NCBI GenBank assembly: GCA_964247055.1
Contig: OZ176053.1
Location: 1,364,001-1,428,000, forward strand
Direction: 5' to 3'
Length of the DNA stretch: 64,000 nt
Source of the DNA: Paragordius varius
Lineage: Eukaryota > Animalia > Nematomorpha
Below are positions 13,700 to 26,520 of this stretch, one piece after another (position 1 is the stretch's first letter; each line of letters begins with the position of its first letter). The notes below the pieces were generated by a model that was not told the DNA's origin, ran no database searches, and saw only the letters and a program-made list of their open reading frames with translations. Position numbers and translations under genes: made by a program.

Positions 13700-14240
13700 T
13701 CTGTTTGATGATAGATTGATCAGGTTGGAGGTAGAAGGTTGGTATCCTGTATTAATTGTTGATGCATTTCTTTCAAGTTGCAACTCTTATTATTTTACCC
13801 TCTACAAGGCCCAGCATGATTGTTTTTTCCAAATTGTTTTGGGGATGACGTGGCCAAAGTAGCCTAGTCTGCGCTTTGTTAATATTTGAAGCCGTGTCCG
13901 GGTTTATTTTTACAACTTCAATCATTAGATTCATACGTCCAATGCAAGCTTGCTCAAAAACCTTTTATAATTTCCATAACAGTTTTTTACAGCAATAAAT
14001 TGCAATTGTAGTTATTATGGTTAAGTGGTTTTTGGTTTTTTTTCTTTAAGGCCATATTTGGTAAGATTATATAAATTTGATAAGAGTTGTATTATTTATA
14101 TCATTAATTTCCACTTCTAATAAGCTGTTATTTGATATGACTTTGGTTTTTTCTATCCATTTCATACCCATTGGTTCTTTAGACGCATTTTCCTGATAAC
14201 AGTTGAAAATAGTTTCTATCAGCTTAAACGGTAACCTGTG
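13700..14240 (-). mobile_element. RTE-clade LINE fragment
   Basis: Minus strand gives KRRLGYFGHVI and NNLEKTIMLGLVEGK across a frameshift, matching RTE KLKYFGHLMRR..LEKTLMLGKIEG. Confidence 0.65.
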
Positions 14241-14284
14241 CGTAGTTGAGATTGTTTATTATTTTGGTTTGGTTATAAGTACTA

Positions 14285-14560
14285 CAGTAAAAATCGAGAT
14301 AATACTGACAAAACGTGAAAATTAAAGAAATATTTTTTCTTAAAAAGACAACCATACCTTTTAATATTGATTTTTTTAATATAACTCATTATTTTCAACT
14401 ACAAAGTATAATATAGAAATAAAAATTGGTAACAATCAATCATGTATTAGGATTATAATTAATGTTTTTTATAGGATATATTAAGGTTTAAAAAAGTATG
14501 GTTGTCTTCTGAAATAAAACTTGTCTTTGTATTCGTACGTTTTGTCCTTATAATTTCATT
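14285..14560. mobile_element. Degenerate copy of the CAGT-TIR MITE
   Basis: ta|cagtaaaaatcgagataatactgacaaaacgtg...aagacaaccatacc and the right-arm motif aaagtatggttgtctt...ttttgtccttataatttc; right terminus eroded. Confidence 0.7.
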
Positions 14561-17500
14561 TTATCTAACTAGGGCAAAATGTGTTGCTTATTTAATCGTG
14601 AACCCTTCACAGGCGCGCCTAAAAATAAAGTAAAAAAGGTATAAATATCTTGCCCTAGTCAAACAATTTCAACAAAAAACGTATCCATAAAAATCGAATA
14701 CTTCGGATAGAAACTGGACAAGATAATTAACAAATGAAAAAAATATTCCAACCTTAACTTTGATCCAAACGTTAGGCAATCTTACAATAACAATGAAATT
14801 ATAGAAACTGAGCTCTTAAATGTATAATGTCTTCCTCACAACAAAGCCCTAGGATTTAACGAATCTCCATAGAAACACTAAAACACTTACAATCACCTAT
14901 CAAAATTTTATCCAGAATTTAGCAAAACTATTGAGATAAAAATTTACTTATTCCGAATTACCAAAATGGTAACCATAAAGTATGCAGCAACTACAAAATC
15001 GCAATTTAAAAAGCGTCAAAAATACACTCTGCAACATTGCCGTCAATTTTCCGAATCTTGAATTTTTAAAATTTGATTCTTTATAGTATTGGGAGGTCTG
15101 TGAAAAAACTTTTACTTATTAAGCTCGTTTTTGAAATAAGAGACTAAATTTGAACATTTCCAAAATTTTCTCGTTTGTAAATACTTTTCTCAAGTTAAAC
15201 ATATATTATGTGGTATAAAAACCCAACAATTTATCTTCAAAATGAAATGCAATATATTTTGTTTCAGTGGGCAAACCAAAATTAGATAATATTTTTTGAC
15301 ACAAATATTTTTTATTATTATATTAAATAACAATTTATGTTTTTGAATGTTAATAATGTTTGTTTAAATATACACGCCTTCTTTGCTGTTTTTCTATTTA
15401 AAAAAACTAAAATTTACTTAGCTATATATAATATACTCTTTATTTCATCTAACATTTTTGTATATAAATTCTCTGCCCTAAAAATATAATTCTAACAAAG
15501 AAATTTTTTGTTTATAAATTTAGGATGTCCGACGGGTAATGTGTTTTTCACACCGAAAAATCTGAGGATATTAAAACGGTAAGGGTTGACGTTTGTGGAT
15601 GGTATTATTCGAAACCGGTGGAGATACAAAAAACGATTTTATATAATTTTTTTGTTTCATGAATCTTAAAAAATTAACAATATATCGATTTGCAGCTAAA
15701 TACCATGCATGGACCATTAAGAAAGATTATATATGGTATCGTATGTAATATAAAATCAGCCAAAGGACTGACATTTTTCTAATACTAAACTGATAAAAGA
15801 AAATTAAATCAGCTAATACACTGCATCATATAATTTTTAAAGGTAATTTATTTTATACCTTATGAAAGTGCCATCTTTATATTCAACATAATAAGGAGAT
15901 TATATAATTATAATTTACAGCAATTTTTTCTGCCACTAGATTTTTTACAATTTCTGTACTATCATTTTATTAGTTTATCTGAATAAAAATTATAATTCCT
16001 AACAACTCATTATAATATTTTTTATGATTATGCGTCCTCTTTATCAAAATTTTATTATTTTTTTAAACAGACAGCAAATGCCCATTTGTAATATATCATT
16101 CGAAAGAGCAATGAAAACTATATACTAATTGTTTTACATCGATAATTTATACTGGACATTGAAAGCGACAAACGCGCGAAGCGAGAGCGTTTTAATATTT
16201 TTTAAAACTAATGGTTGAAAATAGTTCAAACTTTGTGTAGATGGCATGAATGACCAAAAAAGATAACCAAAAAAGTTTTTTTGGTTGAACATAATTATTT
16301 CTTTTATGTCATTACAGCCATTTTTAAATTTTTTGTTTTTTAAAAATTTATCTTATAAATAATAATTTATTTTAGAATGCTTATAATTTCAAAATTTTAA
16401 AGACTAAAATATATAGGTTATGGTTTAATCTTTGATCATGGAATAATTTTCCAGATGTAATTATGCATTTTATTATCATTAGGTAAATAATTTTATTAAT
16501 AATAATTTTTATATAAAAGCAAACCAAAACTAATAAACCAGATAACAAAATATGAAAAAATAAAAAACAATATCAGTTTTATGATATAGTTTTTCTACTG
16601 AATAATATCTAGTAAAATTAAAAAATATTTTTTAATATAGTTTCAAAAAATTTTCTGTCTTTTAAGTGTAAAAAAAACGCCATCTTTTGAGCTGAGAATT
16701 TATAAAACCCTAACTATATGATTATAAGCTATTGTAATGAAAATATCTCTTAAAAGGATAATAAACCATAATATTTCAAATTTTATCATAATTTTTTGAA
16801 TTAACCTTATCCCGATCGATATTCTCTTAATATTTTAAAAACTAGATCGTCAACAAATAAATTTTTTTGCGGCAAATGAATCGCTGGTCATAAGCTATCT
16901 CATGAAAAAAAAAATTATTTTGTTAAATTTTTTGCACACAGTATATTATATCTGAAATTAAACAACAGAAATTTTTAATTTATTATAATAAACAAATTTA
17001 TTTATAATTTGTTGTATCGGGATTCAAAGTGGTAGGTTTTGAATATTGTGGCTTTTTACCAAGATAGCTGGGTCTCTGGGTGGCTGACCCAATGAGTATA
17101 CTGGGTCCAACACTATTTGCAAAACCTTTGAGTGAACAAGGAAAAATTAGAATTGTAATAATAGCTTAAACTTCAAACAAAAAACAATAAAATATCGAAT
17201 TGAATCTTTGCAAAAAAATTAAATTCCAACGTAGCAGTGTTAAATTTTAATAGAGAGGTAATTAGTGAAACCCGATTTTGAATTTATTGTGTTGGTTTGC
17301 GAAACGAGGATTGGAGATTTAAATTTATTTCCATTAGAATATAATTATACAATATAAACAAAAATTAAGGCAAATATTTTGAACACTGTACCTTAAACTT
17401 GATTTTTACACTTATTTTTTTATTTGCACAGTATGAAACAGATATTTAATAACACAATCATAGATATATATTTTTAAATGTAATAATTGAAATTTTAATG

Positions 17501-17609
17501 AAAAATGTAACCCCATCAACTATTGAATTTTTAGATATCTATGTGTAATGAGTTTTTAAATATTTGCATTTCTATTCCCTGTTTCGCAACACGAAACTAT
17601 AGATACATT

Positions 17610-19864
17610 ATGCATTTTAATGTATGTTCAGTAATTTTATTGCCAGTCAAAAAACATAAATGGTTTATCAAATGCGAAAAATACTGACCCACAAAATTAT
17701 TTCGTAGTACACATATAAAAGATTTTTGACGTGAGAATTAACATAGGCTTTAATTTGATGGGTATTTTGTAATGTTAAATTTTGAAAAAATCATAGCAAT
17801 TTATGTTAACATTTGAAATATTGTTGTTACGTATCTAGATGCGGAATTTTGTGAGATTATTTATGTTAATTATTCATTCAATAATTAATATTTTTCAACA
17901 TGATAAATACTTGTATTAATCAAAATTGGTATTAGTATTTTATATAGTTGTTAGTTTAATTAAAAAACACAGGTAAATATCTCTTTGTGAAAATTTAAAT
18001 ATATTTTAGATTTTTGTCTTTTATGTTTTGCCTTTATATTTAATAATTTTAAGTATTTCAGACATTTTAATCAGGTAAAAATTCGGTTTTTAAATTTAGT
18101 CAAATTGTATTTGTTTTTTTATGTAACATTGTTAATTGTAATCAATTACTACATATTTTGGACATTATAATAAATACAGGTAAAAATTGCGGTTTTTAAT
18201 AAATTTAATAAAAATTTAGTTTTTTTGTTTTTTAGGTCTTGCATTGTTAATTGTAATTAATTAATGTAGCAAATTTTTCGTGCTGTTTTGGTTGCTAAAA
18301 AGAAAATGTAAAAGAAAACTGTAAAAAGATCATTTTTAATTTTTTTTATAATGAAAAAAGTCATTTTTTGCAAATATTATAAAGCTATTTTTATATTAAT
18401 TAGGGGATTCTAACAATGAGAATGTGTTAGCTCCCAAAAATATTTCGGATTGTGACAGCTATGTTTATAATAAAGAGATAGTGATTATAATTTTTACAAA
18501 CTCAATAATCTTTTTTTATTTAGATGATCACCCGGATTATAAAGAATATTGAACAAGTGTATAAATTATAATGTTACTGATAATAAGACTCCCACACTAT
18601 TGCAATCACTATTTTCAAAATTCAACTGTCCTATCATATGATGATATTAATCATTAAATTGTCGCAAATATAACATTCAAGACGGTCAAAGACAATAATG
18701 ATATAGATCGACCATAAAGCTGGATGATTCCAACATTGAATTATGATTTATATTAAAATAATTTATTTTATATAAATAAATTTATTTATATCTTAAAATA
18801 ATATGCTTCTTATTCTTAGTTTTTGGAGGGTGATTGAAAATATCGGCTATATTTTGTGTGATTTAATTAGTAGAAGGTCTTTATTATCGATCTTTTAAAC
18901 CTCTAAAATTTTTAATAAATATATTTTATTTGCATCCATATATCGATGTTTATGTGAATATAGATTATTTTTCATATTGGTTGGTATTTATAATTACATA
19001 TAAAACCGAAAAACATTGATTTTTACCTGTCTTTATTATAGTATCTAAAAAATATTTCAAGACTATGTATAATTTTCAATGCAAAACCTAAAAAACAAAA
19101 TTTTTTTTGGATAATACATAAATTTTCTTAAACTAAAATTTTACCTGTATTTATTAAATGTCCATATGTAGTAATTAATTACAAATAACAATGCGAAACC
19201 TAAAAAACAAAAAAAACTAAATTTTTACTAAATTTATTAAAAACCGCAATTTTTACCTGTATATATTAAAATATCCAAAATTTGTAGTAATTAATTACAA
19301 TTAACAATGTTACATAAAAAAAACAAAAAAATTAAATTTGTCTAAATATAAAACCAAATTCTTACCTGATCAAAATGTCTGAAATACTTAAAATTATTAA
19401 TAATTATAAATGCAAAACATAAAAAACAAAAATAAATCTAATTAGATTTTCACAAATATATATTTACCTGTGTTTTTTTAATTAGTAATAACATCTATAT
19501 AAAATTATAATACCAATATTGATTAATACAAATATTTAGCATGTTGAAAATATTTATCATAAAATTTAGGAATAATTAACATAAAAAATCTTAAAATACG
19601 TATTTTACTATTTATTAATTTATCCCACAAAATTCCGCATCTAAATACGTAACAACATTATTACAAATGTTATCATAAATTGCTATAATATTCTCAAAAT
19701 TTAACATCACAAAATATCCATTAAATTAAAGCCTATGTTAATTCTCATGTCAATCCTCTTTCATATGTGTACTACGAAATAATTTCGTGGGTCAGTACGC
19801 ATTGGATAAACCATTTATGTTATTGGACTGGCAATAAAATTACTGAACATACATTAAAATGCAT
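17610..19864. repeat. Long imperfect inverted repeat (arms about 17610-18270 and 19010-19864) with internal ~110-120-bp subrepeats
   Basis: 17610 tatgcattttaatgtatgttcagtaattttattgccagtc is the reverse complement of gactggcaataaaattactgaacatacattaaaatgcata ending at 19864; colinear similarity continues inward. Subrepeat marker caggtaaa/tttacctg recurs at about 17970, 18072, 18177 and about 19020, 19140, 19250, 19360, 19460. Confidence 0.85.
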
Positions 19865-20999
19865 ACTGTAATAGATCAATGGGTGGAACGATGAATAAAA
19901 AAAGGAAATACTTTACGTATTTCCTGTGCTGACTTTTTCATTAATTTTAATAAAAAGAACATCTGATTTACCCTTGAGTTTCCTAAAACAAAAAACATGC
20001 CTAAAACTGAATAACTATACCTATGGAAAAATTAATAGCAATATTAACCTAATATTTATATTTTAGATATCCCATAGTTTAAATATATCTATAATCTTAT
20101 ATGTAGTATTGCAAAAAAAGGCATTTAAAAAATTACCGACTCTTCATGGAAACAAATCATATTCATGAAATAGATCAAATTAGATAGACATTGTTAAAAC
20201 GAAAACCGCAAAGAAAAAATATAATCAAAGTACTGTGGAAACTTTATCATAAAAGATCGCCCAGAATTGGAAGATACATTTCTAAATTATAAGGACAATC
20301 TAATCTACATTTTAAAATAATAAATAATAAAGCTTAAATGATTTATCAGTTAATCTGATGATAAAATAATAGTTAATTATATGAATTTAAATTTGGCAAT
20401 AATCACATAAGATATTAATTAACTTTAAATTTGTGGCTTGCAAACCATAAGAAATGAGATTTGTTAAAAATTGCCCCCCCCCCCTTCCCAAAAACAGCCC
20501 AATAGTAATTTGATCAGGATCTGCGAAATCTTAAAATTTTTTTATTTTTGTCGCGGACTCAGGGCTTCTCCTCTTTTTTCATCGAAATCAGGGATAGAGT
20601 ATTTGTCATAAAGTTTATTGTTTGATTATTTAATCGTTGAATTTGTTTCATATCATATATATTGTTTCACTTATGTGATTTACATTTTTTGTTTCTTACT
20701 AATTTGTAAATCTCTATACTGCAGTCCAAATATGCTGGAAAAATATAAAATATAAAACAAACGTATTAGCTCTGACTGCTTGTTTGTATCCTCTACTATG
20801 GATAGGAATACAATTTTTAAATATTTAAGAATTTAGCATCTTAAACAAAATGTAGGCTCCCCTTATGTAAATTTTTTTACTTGAAAAAAGCGTTTCATTA
20901 AAAACTATAAGGGTTTTTTATTTTTTTATTCACTCCAAATTAAGTAATCTCTTAAATCTAAGAAAACAGCGTTTAAAGTTTGCCGAGAAAATTAATAGT

Positions 21000-21520
21000 G
21001 ACAAATGGTGGGTTTTATTAGCCTACCTTTGTGACATTACTTATAAATTTAGTATTTTTAATACAAGTTTTTAAGGGAGCAAAATAATAACCCAATTTGC
21101 TAATCAAATATTCGTTTATGAAGAAATTTTAATAGTATATAAACAAGAATTTTTAAATAAAGCACCCCTATATTTTCCAACAATTCATGAAGAAAATATG
21201 GAATTTACCGCGGAGATTAATTTAATAATAGACAGTTATTTAACATTTTTATCTAATGAGATGGATTCAGATTTCAAGAATTAGGAATTAGAAATTGCGC
21301 AAAACTCGTTGAAAATCCATGACATATTATCTAATATCAAGCTACCCGAGGGTTTCGGTTTTGATCAGGCTATCAGAGGAATTCGTAGATTTTAGAAATG
21401 ATTTCAATCTGGAGGCTATATTGTAGATAACAAAGATATATAGTGTTTTGGCAAGATGTGCCAAATAAATATCACGATATAAAAAAATGTGCTCAAGTTA
21501 TCCTACTGTTTTTCCCTCAA
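21000..21520 (+). mobile_element. hAT (Charlie/Buster-like) transposase relic
   Basis: Reads FWQDVPNKYHDIKKCAQVILLF..PSTY, resembling the Buster/Charlie dimerisation region; stops and frameshifts present. Confidence 0.5.
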
Positions 21521-21532
21521 CTTACACATTTA

Positions 21533-22045
21533 TTAAAAACCGCGATTTTTACCTCTATAAAATGTCAATATTTAAAAGTTGACAATGAAAAACATAAAAA
21601 CAAAAACAATCTATAATCTACTTAAATTTCACAAATATATAACCTGTGTTTTTTTGATTAGTAATAACAACTATATAAAATAATAATACAAATTTCGAAT
21701 ACAAGTATTTATCATTTTAAAAAATATTAATTATTATTATTGAATAATTAACATAATTAATCCTATAATACCTATTTTACTATTTATTCATATATCTACC
21801 CACAAAATTCCGCATCTGAATATGTAACAACAATATTTCAAAAGTTAACATAAATTGCTATAATATTCTCAAAATTTAACATTACAAAATATCCATCAAA
21901 TTTAGCCTATTTTAATTCTCACGTCAATCCTCTTTAATATGTGTACTACGAAATAATTTTGTGAATCAGTATTTTACGCATTTGATAAACCATTTATGTT
22001 ATTTGACTGGCAATAAAATTACTGAACATACATTGCAAAAAATTT
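21533..22045 (+). repeat. Third copy of the 17610-19864 arm sequence (same orientation as the right arm)
   Basis: Shares cacaaaattccgcatct...gtgtactacgaaataattt...gactggcaataaaattactgaacatacatt with 19625-19855. Confidence 0.8.
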
Positions 22046-22439
22046 AACAAAATATTTTTATTCATGAGATAGATTATGAAGAAACATATAAAGGTGCAAT
22101 CACACAATATGATTTTAGTTTTAATTTTTAAAATAAATCCTGCGAATAACTTTAATATTAATTGTAAAAAATATTAGTTTTCTAAAAAAATTAAGGGTAT
22201 CGCAATTGCTATCTGCTCTAATTGATATTTGACAAGAAGCCGTACGACTTCAATAAAGGCTTTAAATATTACCCATAAAAAGGTAAAAATTATAGTATAG
22301 CGGTTTTTTTCCGTTAACCTTCAATTTGAGGCCTTTACACCAGTAAACAATACATTAGTGTGAATACACCGTTTTTAAAATCCTATAAGATCATAGCTAT
22401 CAAATAATATTTTGGATCATTTTATTGTCCTTTTTTTCA

Positions 22440-23200
22440 CTGGGAAAATCCTTGATGTTGCGAAAATTTGGTGGTACATGTAAAAGGGGCCAAAGAAGGA
22501 TAAGGTGGGTGGGTATTAATCAAGAAACCCATGCATCCTCGGTACTCAACATTAAAACTAAAAATCGCAATCTAAGGAGAAATTAAATAAAAATGCACCA
22601 AGTCGACCTCAACTGTAGCAAAACACACACAAAGCTTTTTGTACAATATTTGAATATAATGTCTGATAATTATACTTTATAGAAACCGAAAAGTATTCTC
22701 AAAACAACACGAATGGCTCATGTGCCTCATTTTTACCGCCGTAAAATAAATGGGCTGTACAAAGATTTTATAGATGTTAATTGATATATTTAATTTAAAA
22801 CTAAAAACAACGGAAATCCTAATAACTTTACTACTTATTTTTGTTTATTACTTACTAAAAATTCTAATCAGGTTAAAAATAATATTCGAAAAACAACAAT
22901 TTTTTCCATTAATCTTTCTTCAAAAACGATCTGAGTTAAATGGGTACGGATATTAAAATATATCTTTTTCCAAAACATATAAAAGCTAAGTATTTAACCT
23001 TTAGTAATCAGCTAAATAGTTCTCATTACTGATCAATGTAGAACACAGAGATATACTATACAATGGTAATGGAAATTACGATTTATAGTTAATAATTACA
23101 CAAATCTATGATGTTTTGAAAACATTAATTTGTGATATGCATGTGCGTATACGTCTAAGAAATTTATCCAAAAAACGGTGGTCTGAAGAAAGGAAATCCG
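22440..23200 (+). repeat. ~725-bp tandem duplication unit: RTE 3' fragment, spacer and end of the peptide gene
   Basis: 22476-23200 is colinear with 23201-23890 and 28385-29050; shared blocks include gtaaaagggrcc.aagaagga, aagtcgacctc.actgt, aaacaacacgaatgg and aaaacgatct.agtt. Confidence 0.85.
23164..23200 (-). pseudogene. Truncated copy of the FGPR peptide gene (last 11 codons and stop)
   Basis: Minus strand reads GGA TTT CCT TTC TTC AGA CCA CCG TTT TTT GGA TAA = GFPFFRPPFFG*, fused directly to the start of the next duplication unit. Confidence 0.8.
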
Positions 23201-23847
23201 ACATGTAAAAGGGACCGAAGAAGGACAAGGTGGGTGGGCAATATCCTACAAGAAACCCATGCATCCTTGGCAGCACTCAACATAACTAAGTTTTATAAAT
23301 ATTGCAAAAAGTCGACCTCAACTGTACAAAAACACAGACACACACAAAGCTTTTTGTACAATATTTGAATAATGTCTGATAATTATACTTTATCCAAAGT
23401 TCCCGAAAATTAAACTTCAAACAACACGAATGGGTTATGTGCCTCATTTTTACCGCCGTAAAATAGGTAGGCTGTGCAAAGATATTCAATTAATTTAAAA
23501 CTAAAAAACAACATAAATCCTAATAAGTTTACGACTTATTCTGGTTTATTACTTATTAAAATTTCTAATCCGGCTTAAAAATAATAATCGCAAAAATAAC
23601 ATGTTTTCCATAAATCTTTCTTCAAAAACGATCTAAGTTGGATTGGAATGGATATAGGAATATATCTTTTTCCAAAACATAAAAGCTAAGTACTTACACG
23701 ACTATAAGTAGAACACAGGAATAGTGTATACAATGTTAATGAGAATTACGATTTATTGTTAAAAATTACACAAATAGAGTTAAATATACTTTAAAAACAT
23801 TAATTTAAATGTGTGAGTATGCATGTGTGGGTATACATATAACAAAT

Positions 23848-24355
23848 TTATCCAAAAAACGGTGGTCTGAAGAATGGAAATCCGCCGAATCCAGGAAAAC
23901 CGAAACCGGGAAAGCCAAAGCCTGGGAAACCGGGTCTGAAACCAAATCCGGGAAATCCGCCAAAACCGGGTCTAAATGGAAACCGTCCTGGCAAAAATCG
24001 AGCTTCACTTTGAGAATCCAACAGTATCGTAGCAATAACCTATATGCATTCAGTTAAAAGTAAAAAAATATATGCGAGATACAGTAGGCTAAATATCTTA
24101 AAAATACAGTTATTTTTTAAATATAAATCATTATTGGTTAGGCTGCAAAAGTATTATAAAAGGTAAATAGTTTATATAGTTAGGATGTTGTGTTTGTCAA
24201 AAAAATCCCGGTTTAAAAGTGCATATGGTTGCATTTTAGAAAAAATATTTGACTTTTAATTTTTACCATTTGTCTGTATTTTAATTTTAGAGAAATAAAA
24301 AATAATATGATTTTACCAATAAGGCGAGAATATTGAAGATTTGAGATGATGCCAT
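23848..24355 (-). CDS. Secreted Phe/Gly/Pro/Arg-rich peptide precursor, copy 1 (76 aa)
   Basis: Exon 1 24355-24317 (MASSQIFNILALL), phase-0 GT-AG intron 24316-24040, exon 2 24039-23848 (VIATILLDSQSEA-RFLPGRFPFRPGFGGFPGFGFRPGFPGFGFPGFGFPGFGGFPFFRPPFFG*). Confidence 0.88.
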
Positions 24356-24453
24356 GGTATGATTTGCACTGGGAGGAAGTTTAGGAGTTAATAATAGAAA
24401 TTATTGGAATAATTGATGTAAAATATGTATGAATAATGTTGAAAAGTATCGGC

Positions 24454-24461
24454 TATTTATA
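24454..24461 (-). promoter_or_regulatory. Putative TATA box of peptide gene copy 1
   Basis: TATAAATA in context ggTATAAATAgcc, about 100 nt upstream of the ATG; conserved at 29625-29632 and 34849-34856. Confidence 0.6.
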
Positions 24462-26028
24462 CCTTTTTTGTAATACCTATATCAATCACAAAAACCCTCT
24501 TATGTAATAAAAAATATGGTTTAATTGATACGATTATATAATCGTATTACATAGTTTCTCTAACATTAATCCACAATCAATTACACTTATAATTTACATT
24601 TTGTTTTTTTCTATTATTAAAAAGTTTGTTGTCCACTCGTATAGGGACATGTTAGGATTAGTTCAAGAATATACAGTAATTTATTAATCTTGTGAGTGTA
24701 TTTCTAGCTAATTTACCTCACTAAAACTTGATGGGTTTTAGGGTTAGCCAATATCGATATTTTAATAAGTTAACCTTAATTAGCTATATGTAATTAATCA
24801 ATCACTGTCCACAGTGTATTGCGATTTAACAGCCAAATTAAATTGGGAAATAGTTTAAAAAAATCTTTTAAGGACTCTACAAAATATCATTTATTTTGAA
24901 ACCAACCCTGAGAGCTTTAAAATTATTAGCAAAAGATATTAATTTGTAATATAATTAACCTTGTATATCTGGTATAATAATAGTTCCAAATTAATGCTAT
25001 ATTATGTAATACGTTTATCGGCCAATAAAATAATGTTGGTTTAAATTTTCCTATAAATTTCGTTTATTCAATAAAATTAATTTTTTATTACCGACTTTCA
25101 GTCTAATCTAAAAACGATTTGGAGATATTACACCAAGTCAAATGTTTAATGTAGATTACTATTGACGAGCTCTTTCGCAAATTAATAATGTTTCTTTTTT
25201 TAATGGCATTATATCAGTGAATTTTATAAGGAATAAAATTAAAATAGTTATAGAATTTTTTAATTATACTTTATCCATTTTTCATAAGTAAAGTGTATAG
25301 TTGGACGTTATGATATGCAAACAGTATTGATAATATCTAGTTACTTTATGTTATAAGGCTCTGAGATTGTATAATCTCATCAAAATTTAGCTCAAAGAGC
25401 AGCAATTTAAAACTACTTCAATCTTTTGAATATTAACCATATTTAGCGATTCTACAAGCCAGGCTAGGTTGTCCAACACAAATAGAACTGCGGGTTAATC
25501 TTTTAAGTTCTTTTTTCAACTCCTATCGTAAAAAATAAATATGTTATGAGATATTGTATTCTACACAAATTAATTTTTCTAATTCCAAATGAAAAATAGT
25601 GAATTGGTTTTATATTAAATGAAATCGCTTTAATATATTTTTATCCTCTTTTGCTAAAGATTATGTTTAACGAATGGCATTATGATCAAAAGCGCGATTC
25701 TTCAACACAAATGGTCTGACGGGCTGCATTCGAAGTTAGATTTTAAACATAAAACGGTATAAAAAAAATTAAGAAGATAATATCATTACTAAATATTTAT
25801 TTTGCTAGTTTTTGGGAGAAATTTGAAAAGAGTCAAAGAGTTTTTCTTCGAAATATTAATTAAATTAAAATTTTGTAAATATTTTTGAATATAATGGAAT
25901 CTAGGAGGTTATATTAGGTAATTGTTCAAATAGTTTGTTGTGAGCACCAATTGGACACCATTTAAAGTAAAGTTTTTTACTGACCACTAATATACGGAAT
26001 TACACGGGCATAATCAGTCATTTATGCA

Positions 26029-26032
<4 letters not shown>

Positions 26033-26063
<31 letters not shown>
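26033..26063. repeat. (TA)n microsatellite
   Basis: Direct reading. Similar tracts at about 27127-27148, 30297-30323, 58857-58925 and 61296-61330. Confidence 0.9.
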
Positions 26064-26068
<5 letters not shown>

Positions 26069-26287
26069 GTAAAAAAACGAAATTCCCCCCTTTTAAAAAA
26101 CTCCACAAAAATTGTGTTGATAAAATTTTAGGAATACGTTCCCTCCCAATCAAAAGCAGTAATAAAGCATGTTTTTATGTGCCGAATATAGTACCTTTTT
26201 AACACTATTTAGTCCTTCCTCCCGTTTAATTTGAAAAAATAGGCATTTGAATAAATTTGATAGCTATCATTTGAGCTAGTTATGAGA

Positions 26288-26520
26288 CTATACAAAATCA
26301 TTAGTGGTATAAAGTTGTTGTTGCCAAGGTCGATTCCGACCAACTGCAACATTGAAAATATAACTTTTCCATTCATTACGAATACAAGATGTGGTGTTTA
26401 GTTTGGATACGATTTGTTGGGTTTCTTTGAGGATTTTATTGATCCAACGAGTTCTTCTTCTCCCTCTTTTACGAGCACCACTCACTTTTTCCAGCATCAA
26501 TGTGACTTTTGAAGTGAGTT
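26288..26520 (-). mobile_element. RTE-clade LINE 3' end fragment
   Basis: MLEKVSGARKRGRRRTRWINKILKET...RNEWKSYIFNVAVGRNRP matches the RTE/BovB C-terminus (MLGKIEGRRRRGRQRMRWLDGI...REAWRAAVHGVAKSRTRL). Confidence 0.8.

Noticed and set aside
14572-14657. Short TAGGGCAA...TTGCCCTA inverted repeat as a MITE
   Set aside because: Only 8-10 bp of match, no TSD and no second copy seen.
15524-15580. Isolated plus-strand exon-like segment (CPTGNVFFTPKNLRILK, AG...GTAAG)
   Set aside because: No phase-compatible partner exon was found, so it could not be supported as a gene.
22476-23890. CRISPR-like or prokaryotic repeat-spacer array
   Set aside because: Repeats are hundreds of bases long with no unique spacers; the context is eukaryotic and has no cas genes.
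23848-24000. Bradykinin mimicry (RPGF...PFFR vs RPPGFSPFR)
   Set aside because: Resemblance is expected from a five-letter composition; there is no exact motif and no flanking processing sites.
23805-24057. Track ORFs 23805-24035 (-) and 23809-24057 (+), and equivalents at 28948, 34316 and 34371
   Set aside because: Shifted or antisense frames of the peptide exon. Paralogue differences are silent only in the FGPR frame, which also has splice sites, a signal exon and a TATA box.
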